A stretch of 64,000 bases of DNA from a virus (Duplodnaviria; Heunggongvirae; Uroviricota; Caudoviricetes). The notes beneath the pieces were generated by a model. That model had not been told where the DNA came from, made no database searches, and was given only the letters and a program-made list of their open reading frames with translations. Made by a program: the position numbers and the translations under genes. Below, in pieces: positions 27,752-37,595 of this stretch (position 1 is the first letter of the stretch; each line of letters starts with the position of its first letter). The stretch spans positions 64,803 to 128,802 of IMG/VR virus record IMGVR_UViG_3300008262_000042. One strand, written 5' to 3'.

Positions 27752-28606
27752 TTATTTTATGCTTTTGTATTTTTTGTATATTTCACTAATCGATACTTGT
27801 AATTTTTCCATCAACCTATTTGTATGACTCTTATACTCTTGCAATCCTAACTCCTCTTTCATTGTTTTTACATAATCAATAACCTTCTCTGCTTCTCCTA
27901 ATTTTTTTCTAACTAGCTTCATAGCTTCATGCATTTGTTGCTCCTTACTTCTAACGCTAGTTTCTTTTTTAAAGCGATTATAGTTTTCGTCTATTTTTAG
28001 TATTTTTTGTGGGCCTTTTGGCTCTGAGGGTCTTACTAAATCAGATTCGTGATACATTCCAGATTTCCCGTTTTTAAATTGTATTTTGTACATATTAGAC
28101 TTTTCATCTATCGCATCTATTGTTCCTATCTTATTATATTGAATGGAACCTTTTTTTGTTACTCTAACTTCATCTCCAACGTTATATCGTTCATCTGCTT
28201 CATTAACATTCCATAAATCACTATATTGGAATCCGCCTGTATCTTTAGTATGACCAGCTCTGAATCCTTTTACTGGCTTATATCCTGATAAATCATCTTC
28301 TACAATAATATTGTTTTCTTTGATGTCTCTCATATATCCTTTAGCAGAATCTTGATCAGATGAACTTAGTTTAGCATATGCTGCGATAATATCATCTTTT
28401 CTACGAAGACCTCTTTTAAACTTTTCAAATTCATTTTTAAAATCTTGTAAGGTAATCGTATCGATTCTTTCTGAAACGCCCTTATACTTTTTTTCTGGAA
28501 CGTTTAATGATGGCTTATAGGCTTCTCCAGATCCAGTAACACTATCTTCTTCTATTTCTTCTCTTAGTTTTATAGTTGCAAATTGGTTATTGAATGTCTT
28601 ATTCAT
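27752..28606 (-). CDS. Head-associated multi-module protein with KOW/SH3-like segment
   Basis: IKLREE leader; YNVGDEVRV..G.IDAI...YKIQF KOW-like segment; C-terminal coiled coil. Confidence 0.6.
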   Translation of the reverse strand: MNKTFNNQFATIKLREEIEEDSVTGSGEAYKPSLNVPEKKYKGVSERIDTITLQDFKNEFEKFKRGLRRKDDIIAAYAKLSSSDQDSAKGYMRDIKENNIIVEDDLSGYKPVKGFRAGHTKDTGGFQYSDLWNVNEADERYNVGDEVRVTKKGSIQYNKIGTIDAIDEKSNMYKIQFKNGKSGMYHESDLVRPSEPKGPQKILKIDENYNRFKKETSVRSKEQQMHEAMKLVRKKLGEAEKVIDYVKTMKEELGLQEYKSHTNRLMEKLQVSISEIYKKYKSIK

Positions 28607-28610
28607 ATTA

Positions 28611-29456
28611 TTATTTTTTTAAAATATCAACCAATTCAACATACTGTAATATATTTGAAATTACTTCGTCTTTTATAGATTCGTTTTGCTTAATTGGCTT
28701 AAGTAGTTTAATAGTTTCATTAAGCCTAATTTTTGTAACTTGATCATCAATTGACTCGTATATGGTCAAAAGTTCAGACTTTATTTCTTTGATTATTTTA
28801 TTTAAGTAAGCTTTTAAAGATTCTGTTTCAGATACATTATTAATGTATTCTTTTAGAATTTCTTTTTGTTTAGTAGAAAAGTTAGCATACTTTGTATTAT
28901 ATTTTTCTACCATTAGTTTATATGCTATAAGCCTAATCTCTTTATCCTCTTTCATAAACTCTTCAACTATCGTTGCGCTGGCAGTTTTGTTCTCAATTCC
29001 ACCTTCCGTTATATGCTCTAGGATATTAATTTTATTTAATAGAATTTGTTTAGTATCTACTTCTTTATTTTGATTAGACTCAAATATAGTATATATCGCA
29101 GCGTAGATTTTATAATTATCTATTTTAGCTTTAAAGAAATTATCTATATCATAGCTTCTTTTAATCTCTTTTATAAGATTATACTTTTCTCTATTTAGCT
29201 TATTATTATCTAATTTCTTTCTTTGCTCTAGTATTGTATTAATATACATCTCTGCTTTTGCTTCAGAAAGTTTTTGAGTAGTATTGAATGTCGAATACAA
29301 TGCATACTCTTTTCCCAATTCTGTGTTAGTAAAATACTTTTTTAGTATTTTAACTGATACTGAATCTTTGTTTTGTATCAAATCTGCGGTGGTTTGTCTA
29401 ACTAATAATTCAAACAAGATCGCGGGATTTCGATATTTACTGTGCTTTATGCGCAT
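28611..29456 (-). CDS. Conserved-looking head protein next to portal
   Basis: IKHSKYRNPAILFELLVRQ N-terminus, helical, directly downstream of the portal gene. Confidence 0.6.
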   Translation of the reverse strand: MRIKHSKYRNPAILFELLVRQTTADLIQNKDSVSVKILKKYFTNTELGKEYALYSTFNTTQKLSEAKAEMYINTILEQRKKLDNNKLNREKYNLIKEIKRSYDIDNFFKAKIDNYKIYAAIYTIFESNQNKEVDTKQILLNKINILEHITEGGIENKTASATIVEEFMKEDKEIRLIAYKLMVEKYNTKYANFSTKQKEILKEYINNVSETESLKAYLNKIIKEIKSELLTIYESIDDQVTKIRLNETIKLLKPIKQNESIKDEVISNILQYVELVDILKK

Positions 29457-29493
29457 ATTTGTTGTTATATTCTACCTATAAATATATAATTAA

Positions 29494-31416
29494 TTACTTA
29501 GAATCGTCTAATATGTTTTTTTCATCTAAAACACTTGGAGATTCATACAATTTTATTTTTCTATTAAAATTTAATGACTCTAGCATCTTTTTATTTTTCA
29601 TATACTCACTCATAGTTCCTTCCATAGCTAATGGTCCTCCTCTATAAGTGGGCTTTAAAGCATCTTCACCCGCATTTGGTTTAGCTTTCATATCATAAGC
29701 ACCTAATGGATCTCTTCCAAATGGACTATCATCAGTTTTTATTTTAGACGCTTTTGTTGAAGGTCGACCTGGAGATTCATATTGATCTTTTGGCTTAGTT
29801 TCATCATATCCAGTAGGAACGTTTAATGACATATCTCCTTTTCCTCCATATAAACTAGCTAATTGGTGAGGCGTTCCAAATGCTTGACCTGTTTCAGAAG
29901 GATCATTTCCTTCTTCTGCAATTTGTTTAAATCTAAATGCTCTCTTTTGGTCTTCTACGATCATATCTTCTAATTCACTATATTGATCTTCAGAGAAGTG
30001 GAATACTTTATCATATATATAATCTTTAGGTAATAATTGACCTTCCATCGCAGCTTTAGCTAATTCAATCTTTTCTTTAAATAAAGCAACGCGTTCTTGA
30101 TCATATATGATAGATGGATTCGTAAGCGAAATTGTAAAATTAGCAGCTGATTCGTTTGTGTAACCATGCGCGTATAAATGTACTAATCCTATCTTTGTTA
30201 ATTCAGATATAATGATTTTTTGTATACGTTCAATAGTTCTAGCAAATCTAATATCTTCAGCCGCTAATGTTGCTTTACCAGTTAAATCTTTTTCATATCC
30301 CATAAATGCTTTAGGCACTTTAAGGGCAGCAAATAGCTTTTCTCTAAAATAAGTAACGTCTTCGATACCATTATAGTCTAAACCTTTTGCGGTTTCTATT
30401 TTTGTAGTTTGGTCATTTCCTCTAACTGGTATTACGAAATCCTCTAACATATTTTGTACGTTATACTTTAGATTGTAATTTCCAGTATTTGGATCAATCA
30501 AAGGAGTTTTTTTCATCTTATTCATCATCCTTTGAATGTAATTTTCTACTTCTGCAGGAGGTATTGCTCCAACATTAACATAGAATACACGTCTTTCTGG
30601 AGCTCTTGCTATTCTATGAATTAGCATCGCATCTTCGATAAGCGTATATTGCTTAAACAGTTTTCTAGCAGGTTCTAAGTAAGATCTACCATAAGGCAGA
30701 TAATTTACGTCTCCTGCTAATCTAAAGTGAGCAATTTCGAAATTATCAAAATAAATTCCAGTATCTTGATTATTAAAAGCAGAACCATATCCAGTAGTTG
30801 ATGCAATCGCTGCATTTGGATCGTACTTAAATCTAACTTCACTTGGGTTTTCAGGATTAAAACCCTCTTGTCTAACTATATTATACGCTGAGAATGGTAT
30901 TACATTGTATACTCCAAAACCTTCAGCTATTTCTAATTTAAGATAGAAATCTCCATATTTGCACATGTAACGTATCCATGACCATAGAGAAAATTCTATA
31001 TTTAAAATAGAATAATATAGGTTGTATAAAATCTTTTGTATGTTCTCATCAGAAGATCTAATTTGTAATACTTCCCCTTGTTCATTTTTTAATGTACACT
31101 CATCACATATAATATCTAAAGCAGATGCTACAATTGCATCTGTGTCCATAGCATCATAGTCTGCGTATATTTGAACTCTCGCTGATTGATAGTTTTGAGC
31201 AAGATTCATATTAACACCATACGCAGTAGACGTAGTGTATACTTTATGAAATCTATCGATTATACTATTAGTCTGTATTACACCTGATGTTTGTATTTTA
31301 TCAGTGTCAATGACTTTTACCATACCTCCGCCTTCATTTCTTATGATAACGTCAGTAGAAAATAGTCGTCTTAGTGAGCTAAATAAATTAGCTTGTGGTT
31401 TTTTTTCTTGTTCCAT
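29494..31416 (-). CDS. gp20: Portal protein, gp20-like
   Basis: Y.DYDAMDTD..VASALDII.DE; GRSYLE.ARK.FKQ..LIEDAMLIHRIARAPERRVFYVNVG.IPP; EDFVIPVRG...T.IET..G. Confidence 0.95.
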   Translation of the reverse strand: MEQEKKPQANLFSSLRRLFSTDVIIRNEGGGMVKVIDTDKIQTSGVIQTNSIIDRFHKVYTTSTAYGVNMNLAQNYQSARVQIYADYDAMDTDAIVASALDIICDECTLKNEQGEVLQIRSSDENIQKILYNLYYSILNIEFSLWSWIRYMCKYGDFYLKLEIAEGFGVYNVIPFSAYNIVRQEGFNPENPSEVRFKYDPNAAIASTTGYGSAFNNQDTGIYFDNFEIAHFRLAGDVNYLPYGRSYLEPARKLFKQYTLIEDAMLIHRIARAPERRVFYVNVGAIPPAEVENYIQRMMNKMKKTPLIDPNTGNYNLKYNVQNMLEDFVIPVRGNDQTTKIETAKGLDYNGIEDVTYFREKLFAALKVPKAFMGYEKDLTGKATLAAEDIRFARTIERIQKIIISELTKIGLVHLYAHGYTNESAANFTISLTNPSIIYDQERVALFKEKIELAKAAMEGQLLPKDYIYDKVFHFSEDQYSELEDMIVEDQKRAFRFKQIAEEGNDPSETGQAFGTPHQLASLYGGKGDMSLNVPTGYDETKPKDQYESPGRPSTKASKIKTDDSPFGRDPLGAYDMKAKPNAGEDALKPTYRGGPLAMEGTMSEYMKNKKMLESLNFNRKIKLYESPSVLDEKNILDDSK

Positions 31417-31423
31417 ATTATTA

Positions 31424-33019
31424 TTATAATAACCAAGTTAAGTCTTGATCTCCAACATTACCATCGGGTAATTGAAGTTTCATACTCCATTGATTATAAT
31501 TATCGTGTATAAAGTTTTGTGTAGGATATTGATTGCTTGTATTGCTTATATTATTTATAGAAGCAGCAGTTAGGCTATCCATAGTTTTTCTAAATCTTAA
31601 AGATGTTTCTCTTAAGTACATTCCCATTGAGAATGACATTACCAAATCATCATTATAACCTTGCATCGCTTGTTGTTTACCATTTTTCCATATAAATACT
31701 CTAAGCTCTTCTAATAATCTTATAGATCTTATAGTTACTACTTTATTTTCTATAAAGTCTCTCATTTTATCTATAGCTATTGGTCTAGTTTTTTGACTCA
31801 TAGTGAATCCTGGAACTAATCCTGATCCTCTATCAAACTTATCAATATACTTTTCAAATGAGCTATCAGCTTCAATTCTATGTCCATAATGCATATTGGG
31901 ATAGCCTTTTTCAATTATGCTTTGTATAACGTCCCAACCAATATTTGCATTTTCAACTACTAAAAGAGCTTGATTATACTCATTCGATATAGATAATAGT
32001 ATATTTGCATATTCTCTTGTATCTATTTGTGCTTTATATTCTGCTACTTGAGTGAGAGTTTCTACGTCTATAACATGAAAAGCAGAATAGTCTGATCCAT
32101 CTCCTCGAGCAACGTCAGCTAATACAACATAGTACCTAACTGGATCAGGATATTCCCATATCCATAAAGATTTATCCATACCTCTACGTTCTATAGGGTC
32201 TGAGATCATATTCATTTCATACCATGTCAAAATCTCTGGTTCAATTACGCCCGCGCCTGATGTTGCGAAATCACAATCACACTCTTGAGCTGCATTTCTA
32301 ACGCCTAATTCTTTTGTTTGTTGTTCTCTCCACTCTTCATCTCTTTCTGGATGTACTGTCCATGGTAGAGATATTGGTAAAAATCTATTCTCTCTTTTTT
32401 GAGCTTTTGTGTAAGTTTTGTGAAACCAGTTTCCTATACCATTAGGCGTAGATAATGCTATACATCTACCACCTGTAGCAAGAGTTTGTTGAGCCGCTGT
32501 AAATATTTCTTCGATTCTATCAATAAATGCAGCTTCGTCTATTACTAGTAAAGATACAGCTTCAGAACGAGTTGCATCACCAGCTGCAGATACAGCTTTT
32601 ATTTGGGAGCCATTTGTTAATCTTAAACTAAGTCTATTATCTTCAGTATGACCTATTTTTAACCAAGTAGGTAGATTTTGGTATGCAAACCTTACTTTGG
32701 TTACCATGTTTTTTGCAGTAGATTGTGTAGTAGCGACTACGAGTACGTTTTTATCTTTATTAAAAAGCATCAACCATAGTGAGTAAGCTGATACTAGCGT
32801 AGAAATCCCTAACTGTCTAGATTTATTAATTACGCAATATTCATTACCTTGAAAAAGCAATAATACTTTTTGTTGGAAATCATATAAATCAAATAACTGT
32901 CTCCCTTTTGTAGGATGTTGGATCATGTAATACTTACGCATAAAGTACACAGGATCACTTGCGCATTTTAAAAATTCTGATTTGATTCTATCTCGTATGG
33001 TTTGTTTGCTTTCTTCCAT
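31424..33019 (-). CDS. gp17: Terminase large subunit, gp17-like
   Basis: LYDFQ, INKSRQLGIST (Walker A), LVIDEAAFI (Walker B), LSTPNG.GNWF, ADVARG.GSDYS, GYNDDLVMS. Confidence 0.97.
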   Translation of the reverse strand: MEESKQTIRDRIKSEFLKCASDPVYFMRKYYMIQHPTKGRQLFDLYDFQQKVLLLFQGNEYCVINKSRQLGISTLVSAYSLWLMLFNKDKNVLVVATTQSTAKNMVTKVRFAYQNLPTWLKIGHTEDNRLSLRLTNGSQIKAVSAAGDATRSEAVSLLVIDEAAFIDRIEEIFTAAQQTLATGGRCIALSTPNGIGNWFHKTYTKAQKRENRFLPISLPWTVHPERDEEWREQQTKELGVRNAAQECDCDFATSGAGVIEPEILTWYEMNMISDPIERRGMDKSLWIWEYPDPVRYYVVLADVARGDGSDYSAFHVIDVETLTQVAEYKAQIDTREYANILLSISNEYNQALLVVENANIGWDVIQSIIEKGYPNMHYGHRIEADSSFEKYIDKFDRGSGLVPGFTMSQKTRPIAIDKMRDFIENKVVTIRSIRLLEELRVFIWKNGKQQAMQGYNDDLVMSFSMGMYLRETSLRFRKTMDSLTAASINNISNTSNQYPTQNFIHDNYNQWSMKLQLPDGNVGDQDLTWLL

Positions 33020-33020
33020 A

Positions 33021-33461
33021 TTACTTTAGCATATACAATACTGCAAAGGTTCCTGTAAGAACACCTATGGTAATTTTAAAAATTGTATTTTTTGCAATTG
33101 TTTTTTTATATTCTACTTGAAGTTGTTTATATTGTCCTCTCCATAAAGAAGCTCTTGACTTTTCAGCTTGTATTAACTGCACATAATAGTCTTCTTTCTC
33201 TTGATAGAATTTTATGATAGTATCTTTAAGAGCGATTTTTTCTTTTGTTAATAGTAATTGTTGGCGAGTTAATTTTAATTCTGCTATTGCGCTATCTCCG
33301 ATGATTAGATCTTTTACTACTCGTTTTGCTACATATCCAGGTAATTTTATTGTATCACTTATAAAATAAGTTACGTTACCATTAAAATCATATACTGGCT
33401 TTGTTTGTGATTTTACAGTTAATGAAAAAAATAAAAGTATTAGTAAAATGCATTTATTCAT
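33021..33461 (-). CDS. Secreted/membrane coiled-coil protein (spanin-like candidate)
   Basis: N-terminal signal-like segment, coiled coil, C-terminal hydrophobic helix. Confidence 0.5.
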   Translation of the reverse strand: MNKCILLILLFFSLTVKSQTKPVYDFNGNVTYFISDTIKLPGYVAKRVVKDLIIGDSAIAELKLTRQQLLLTKEKIALKDTIIKFYQEKEDYYVQLIQAEKSRASLWRGQYKQLQVEYKKTIAKNTIFKITIGVLTGTFAVLYMLK

Positions 33462-33473
33462 ATTATTACGATT

Positions 33474-33833
33474 TTAGTAATTATATCTAATTTTAAAGAA
33501 AGAATCTATTTGACTTGAGTTATAATTATCCGCTTTTTTACTTATTTCATGATAGTATTCTCTAACAATAGTTGTTTTTTCTTTTATGTTATCTATCTTA
33601 TAATCAATATCAGAAATTTCATGTTTCGTTTCTTTTATTAGACTATCATATTTTAGTTGAGCAGCTTCTAATTTTTTTGTACTTTTATCGATCTCCTCTA
33701 ATTTATAATCTAGTATAGAAGTGTCTATAGGTTTTTCAAAAACTACAATAAATAGTAAATATGCAATAGACACTAAAATTATTATGTCTATAATATTTCT
33801 ACTAGTAAATAATGAATTTATTTTATTTTTCAT
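33474..33833 (-). CDS. Membrane-anchored coiled-coil protein (spanin-like candidate)
   Basis: N-terminal TM helix IIILVSIAYLLFIVVF followed by coiled coil. Confidence 0.5.
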   Translation of the reverse strand: MKNKINSLFTSRNIIDIIILVSIAYLLFIVVFEKPIDTSILDYKLEEIDKSTKKLEAAQLKYDSLIKETKHEISDIDYKIDNIKEKTTIVREYYHEISKKADNYNSSQIDSFFKIRYNY

Positions 33834-33858
33834 ATACTTTTATTAATAAATATGTATA

Positions 33859-34332
33859 CTAGCTATATAGCCAATTAGGGATATTTTCTGCTCTATCGTA
33901 TTTTAAACCCTTTATTAGTATCTTATCGTATAGATAAAAGTTTCTATATGCTGTTACAGTATCTACATTTTTATACTCATCAGGCATACATTGTGGTGGT
34001 TCTACAAATGCTAAGTCCGGTATATTTGGTTTATTTTTGTCTAGCCATGCAATTACTGATTCAGTTTTATGAACTTTTTTGTATCTGCGATTGTACTCTT
34101 TAAATATCTCTTTCGCGTGATTTAATAACCATTCGTAGTGATAAATTGATTGTCTAGTCCAAATTGTAGATGGATGATTTACGTGTGCTTTTTTATATGG
34201 AGCTTCATTATCAGTTAACCAATGCGCAGTACACATCATTTGTGCAGACTCTATACCCATTTTTAAAATGTGTTGATCACATAAATCTTTAGCTGCTAAT
34301 ATTGGGTCTTGATGGAGATAAAAAATATTCAT
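33859..34332 (-). CDS. denV: Pyrimidine-dimer DNA glycosylase / endonuclease V-like
   Basis: MNIFYL..DP..AA...CDQH..KM..ESAQM.CTAH; HVNHPST.W; EY..RY.K.H; PPQCMPDEYK..D.V.AYR.FY. Confidence 0.75.
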   Translation of the reverse strand: MNIFYLHQDPILAAKDLCDQHILKMGIESAQMMCTAHWLTDNEAPYKKAHVNHPSTIWTRQSIYHYEWLLNHAKEIFKEYNRRYKKVHKTESVIAWLDKNKPNIPDLAFVEPPQCMPDEYKNVDTVTAYRNFYLYDKILIKGLKYDRAENIPNWLYS

Positions 34333-34342
34333 AACTTTTTTC

Positions 34343-34354
34343 TTAAATATAACA
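34343..34354 (-). promoter_or_regulatory. Extended -10-like promoter of denV-like gene
   Basis: TGTTATATTTAAG on the minus strand about 10 nt above the ATG; similar to the elements at 49459 and 21856. Confidence 0.5.
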
Positions 34355-34382
34355 ATTATTTACTAATCTATATATTTTATTT

Positions 34383-36485
34383 TTATTGTGCTTTTAATTC
34401 TTGTACCTCTATTCTTATTTCAGAACCAGAAAACCTAAATACCAATTTCGTAGAATAATTTTTTTTACCTAATTTAGTAATATATGATAGCATAAAACCA
34501 GCTTGTTTTGGAGAATCTATTAAAGTCATTTTTGTACTACTAGAATCTATATCAACTTCTGATTTTGCATCGAAATAATCAGTATGTCCTATTAGTGTTT
34601 TAGAACTACCAATAACTTTATAAAAACTCGGACTTAAACCAGCTTCAGCTATAGCAAATGCAGTTAAAGCAACGAATGGATTTGTAATCTCTTGTATTTT
34701 TTTATACGCTGGGGATATTTTAGCATTTTTATCTGTCCATTTATCAATGATTAAACTTGCTAATTCATACGTAGCAGTCTTCATAGATAATACTTTTATG
34801 TAATCTTCATTTTCTTTTTCTATCTCTTTAGAAAACTTATTATTATCTTCTGCGCTTACTTCTATTTCATATTTTTTTATATCATCTATAAATTTATCTC
34901 TACTAGTAATAAATGACTTTTTTACCTTCGTTGTAGAATCACCCCCAGTCATTTTATTTTTTAAAGATTTTATAGAAGATTCTATATCATCAAATAATTG
35001 TTTATTTGCTTTATAAAAAGCATCTTCTGATTGAAATTCACTTTTTATATTAGTAGTTTTTATTTTTGATTTTCCTGCTGCTTGAAGTATTGAATTAACC
35101 GATCCATGCAATTTTTTATCTTTTGTTATAGCATTTATATAACTTTGAGATCGTCTTCCACCTCTTTTTGGACCATAATAATAATCTTCAAATCTTGCTA
35201 TTTTTGCTGATATTTTAGCTAAGTCTTTATTATCTGATGTACCATATTTATCATCTGGATTTACATCAGCATCAAAACTATTACTAAATACAGTATTAGC
35301 AAAAGTTGTAGCTTTTCCAGCTTGTGCTTTTTCTTCTTTTAAAGATATAGCTATTAAATCTCCATCTTTTTCAAATTGATGATTTAAACTTGATTTTCCT
35401 ATATTAACAGTATCTGCTTTTAAACAATTTGATATACTTGATTGATTTAATACTAAATAAACGTCGCCTGGACACCAGTTATCAGCTTGTAATGATACAT
35501 TATACTGTTCTTTTATTAATGAAACAGCTTTTTGTCTAATCTTATCAAAGTCTTCATTCCTAATTATTCTACCTTCTGTAGAAATATCTTTATGTATAGA
35601 TGCGGCTGCTGATATAGCGTTTGTTAAAGTGTCTACCTCTTGTCTAGATAAGAAAACATATTTAATATATAAATCTAGATTCTCTGGCATAGATTTGCCT
35701 ACGCCATAGTATTGTTTATTTTTATTATATACTTGAGCTATTTTATCAACTATTTTTTTTATATCGTCTTCTACAATTTGCTCAGCCGCTTGTTTTGTTG
35801 TAACTATAGCGTGTAATTCTTCTATATCTTTAACTAAAGAAGAGTCTTTAAAAACATCATAAAATAAACAAACTAATCCCTCTTTTAAAGAAATTTCATT
35901 ACCAGTATTTGGTCTTTTCATGTCTGTTGCGGCTTCTGTTAATACTAGCTTTTTTAATATATGCTTTAATATTACTGATTCTGCCAGTGTCTCTTCTTCA
36001 CCTCCCGCTTCTGGTGTAGTTTCTGCTGGTTCTGTTGTTGATTCTCCAGCATCTTCAGCTTCTGGACCTTGTTCAGATCCTTCAGGGCCTTTTGTTTTTA
36101 ATGGAGATCCAAATCTTAACAATCTTGCAATAGCTTGCATACATAATTGCTTCTCTCCTGTAGTCATTAGGTAATAATTTTTACCTGATATTGTAGCTTG
36201 ATACGCCTTTTCTAAATACGTAAGAAAGAAGTATTGTCCGTTATGTAATAATATTTTAAATGTTGTTGGTTTTGGAGCAACGATAAATATGGCATCTAAG
36301 TACTCTTTAAATGATGGAGTCATTAATTCACTTAATAACTCATTCAAAGTTACATACTTCTTTAATATAAATCCCATAGGATCTTTTTCAAATGGAGATT
36401 GACTTTGATCTTCTTCTTTTTTAGCATCTTCTTCGTCTATCTCTCTTAATAATATATTTTTTAGTATTAAAGAGTCCATATTCAT
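34383..36485 (-). CDS. Head-associated protein fused to PD-(D/E)xK-like nuclease domain
   Basis: N-terminal ~165 aa domain plus acidic linker, then LVLTE|A and a domain with WCPGDVYLV...IAISLK. Confidence 0.5.
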   Translation of the reverse strand: MNMDSLILKNILLREIDEEDAKKEEDQSQSPFEKDPMGFILKKYVTLNELLSELMTPSFKEYLDAIFIVAPKPTTFKILLHNGQYFFLTYLEKAYQATISGKNYYLMTTGEKQLCMQAIARLLRFGSPLKTKGPEGSEQGPEAEDAGESTTEPAETTPEAGGEEETLAESVILKHILKKLVLTEAATDMKRPNTGNEISLKEGLVCLFYDVFKDSSLVKDIEELHAIVTTKQAAEQIVEDDIKKIVDKIAQVYNKNKQYYGVGKSMPENLDLYIKYVFLSRQEVDTLTNAISAAASIHKDISTEGRIIRNEDFDKIRQKAVSLIKEQYNVSLQADNWCPGDVYLVLNQSSISNCLKADTVNIGKSSLNHQFEKDGDLIAISLKEEKAQAGKATTFANTVFSNSFDADVNPDDKYGTSDNKDLAKISAKIARFEDYYYGPKRGGRRSQSYINAITKDKKLHGSVNSILQAAGKSKIKTTNIKSEFQSEDAFYKANKQLFDDIESSIKSLKNKMTGGDSTTKVKKSFITSRDKFIDDIKKYEIEVSAEDNNKFSKEIEKENEDYIKVLSMKTATYELASLIIDKWTDKNAKISPAYKKIQEITNPFVALTAFAIAEAGLSPSFYKVIGSSKTLIGHTDYFDAKSEVDIDSSSTKMTLIDSPKQAGFMLSYITKLGKKNYSTKLVFRFSGSEIRIEVQELKAQ

Positions 36486-36512
36486 ACTTATGTGTTTTTA
36501 CTTTATATAACT

Positions 36513-36974
36513 TTATTCACCTGAGTGGTCTAACTCATGAAATCCTTGATTTGCTTGCTCTATAAAATTTTCAGCGTTAGTTATGTGATCTTGAATCCAG
36601 CCGGGAATGTTTCTTTCCATTCCACCTAATTTATCCATAAGTTGGGAAGCATTACTAACTATTTCTTTTAGACTGCTCATAGCCATCGCTACTTCATGAT
36701 CAGCGCCTTCTTTAATTTCCTCTTTATATGGTGATAGTTGATCAAGCTTTGCATTAGCTGCTCCTAATCTATACTTATTTTTTTGTCCTTTATTAAGAAT
36801 TGGTTGTATATTGTAGCTACCATCATCTTTAATTGCGATGATTTTATGTTTAAGCCCTTTATGTGCACCTACATTAGGAACAACAAAATCTCCAACTTTA
36901 TGATTCTCTGATAATTCTGCCTCTTGTTCTTCTCTTAGTAAGCTTACTAATGATTGTAATGATACATTTTTCAT
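36513..36974 (-). CDS. Head-associated two-module protein
   Basis: LVSLLREE leader; KOW-like KVGDFVV segment; IKE|GADHEVAMA..W.QDHIT helical module. Confidence 0.6.
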   Translation of the reverse strand: MKNVSLQSLVSLLREEQEAELSENHKVGDFVVPNVGAHKGLKHKIIAIKDDGSYNIQPILNKGQKNKYRLGAANAKLDQLSPYKEEIKEGADHEVAMAMSSLKEIVSNASQLMDKLGGMERNIPGWIQDHITNAENFIEQANQGFHELDHSGE

Positions 36975-37264
36975 TTTACTATTAATCTAGATGTTTTATT
37001 TCTTAGTTTTTTAACTTGATCTCTTATTACAATTAGTGGACTATCAGGATTTATGTTAGCTAAAAATTTATAAAGATCAGATAGCTTTTCATACACCTCT
37101 TTTGGATCTACATCATAACTTACATCCCAACCCATTTTTCCAGTACTTGGATCAATATCAGTTAATTTTGTAGTTATTCCTGAATCTGTAGTAGTTTTAC
37201 CTATATTAGTTTTACTAACATCTACGTAAGGTTCCTCTTGTAATATGGTCATTAATTTAATCAT
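36971..37264 (-). CDS. Hypothetical protein with MIKLxxILxE leader
   Basis: Starts MIKLMTILQEE. Confidence 0.7.
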   Translation of the reverse strand: MIKLMTILQEEPYVDVSKTNIGKTTTDSGITTKLTDIDPSTGKMGWDVSYDVDPKEVYEKLSDLYKFLANINPDSPLIVIRDQVKKLRNKTSRLIVK

Positions 37265-37283
37265 CCTACTCTATATAAATATG

Positions 37284-37493
37284 CTAAGATCTATTAGATG
37301 CTTTTTTGAATAAGAAATATAATCCAAGAAATAAAAGCGCAGCGAAATAGAAAAGTAAATCCGTAATTAAGTAAGAATCTGTCAAGTCCATTACTAGTTT
37401 GAATAATATGTCGAAGCCAAGCGGGTTGAAAAACATCGCTAGCATCAGACACGTTGTAGCTACATTGCTTAAGAATTTCGATCTCCAAGTCAT
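37284..37493 (-). CDS. Small two-helix membrane protein
   Basis: Two hydrophobic helices around FFNPLGFDILF. Confidence 0.6.
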   Translation of the reverse strand: MTWRSKFLSNVATTCLMLAMFFNPLGFDILFKLVMDLTDSYLITDLLFYFAALLFLGLYFLFKKASNRS

Positions 37494-37595
37494 TTATTCT
37501 TTTTTGGATTTTACTGTCTTCTTCCATAAATGGATTTTGGTGAATAATATCGCAACTTAGTTTATCGTTTAAATTTTATACAGATAAAGGAAATA

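Noticed and set aside
22623-33019. Introns or inteins in capsid, portal or terminase genes
   Set aside because: ORFs are continuous with the expected motif spacing; no LAGLIDADG/HNH insert or intein C...HN termini seen.
37294-37527. 77-aa ORF overlapping the small membrane gene
   Set aside because: Almost fully overlaps 37284..37493 in another frame; the 69-aa product has the more coherent two-helix pattern. Not fully excluded.
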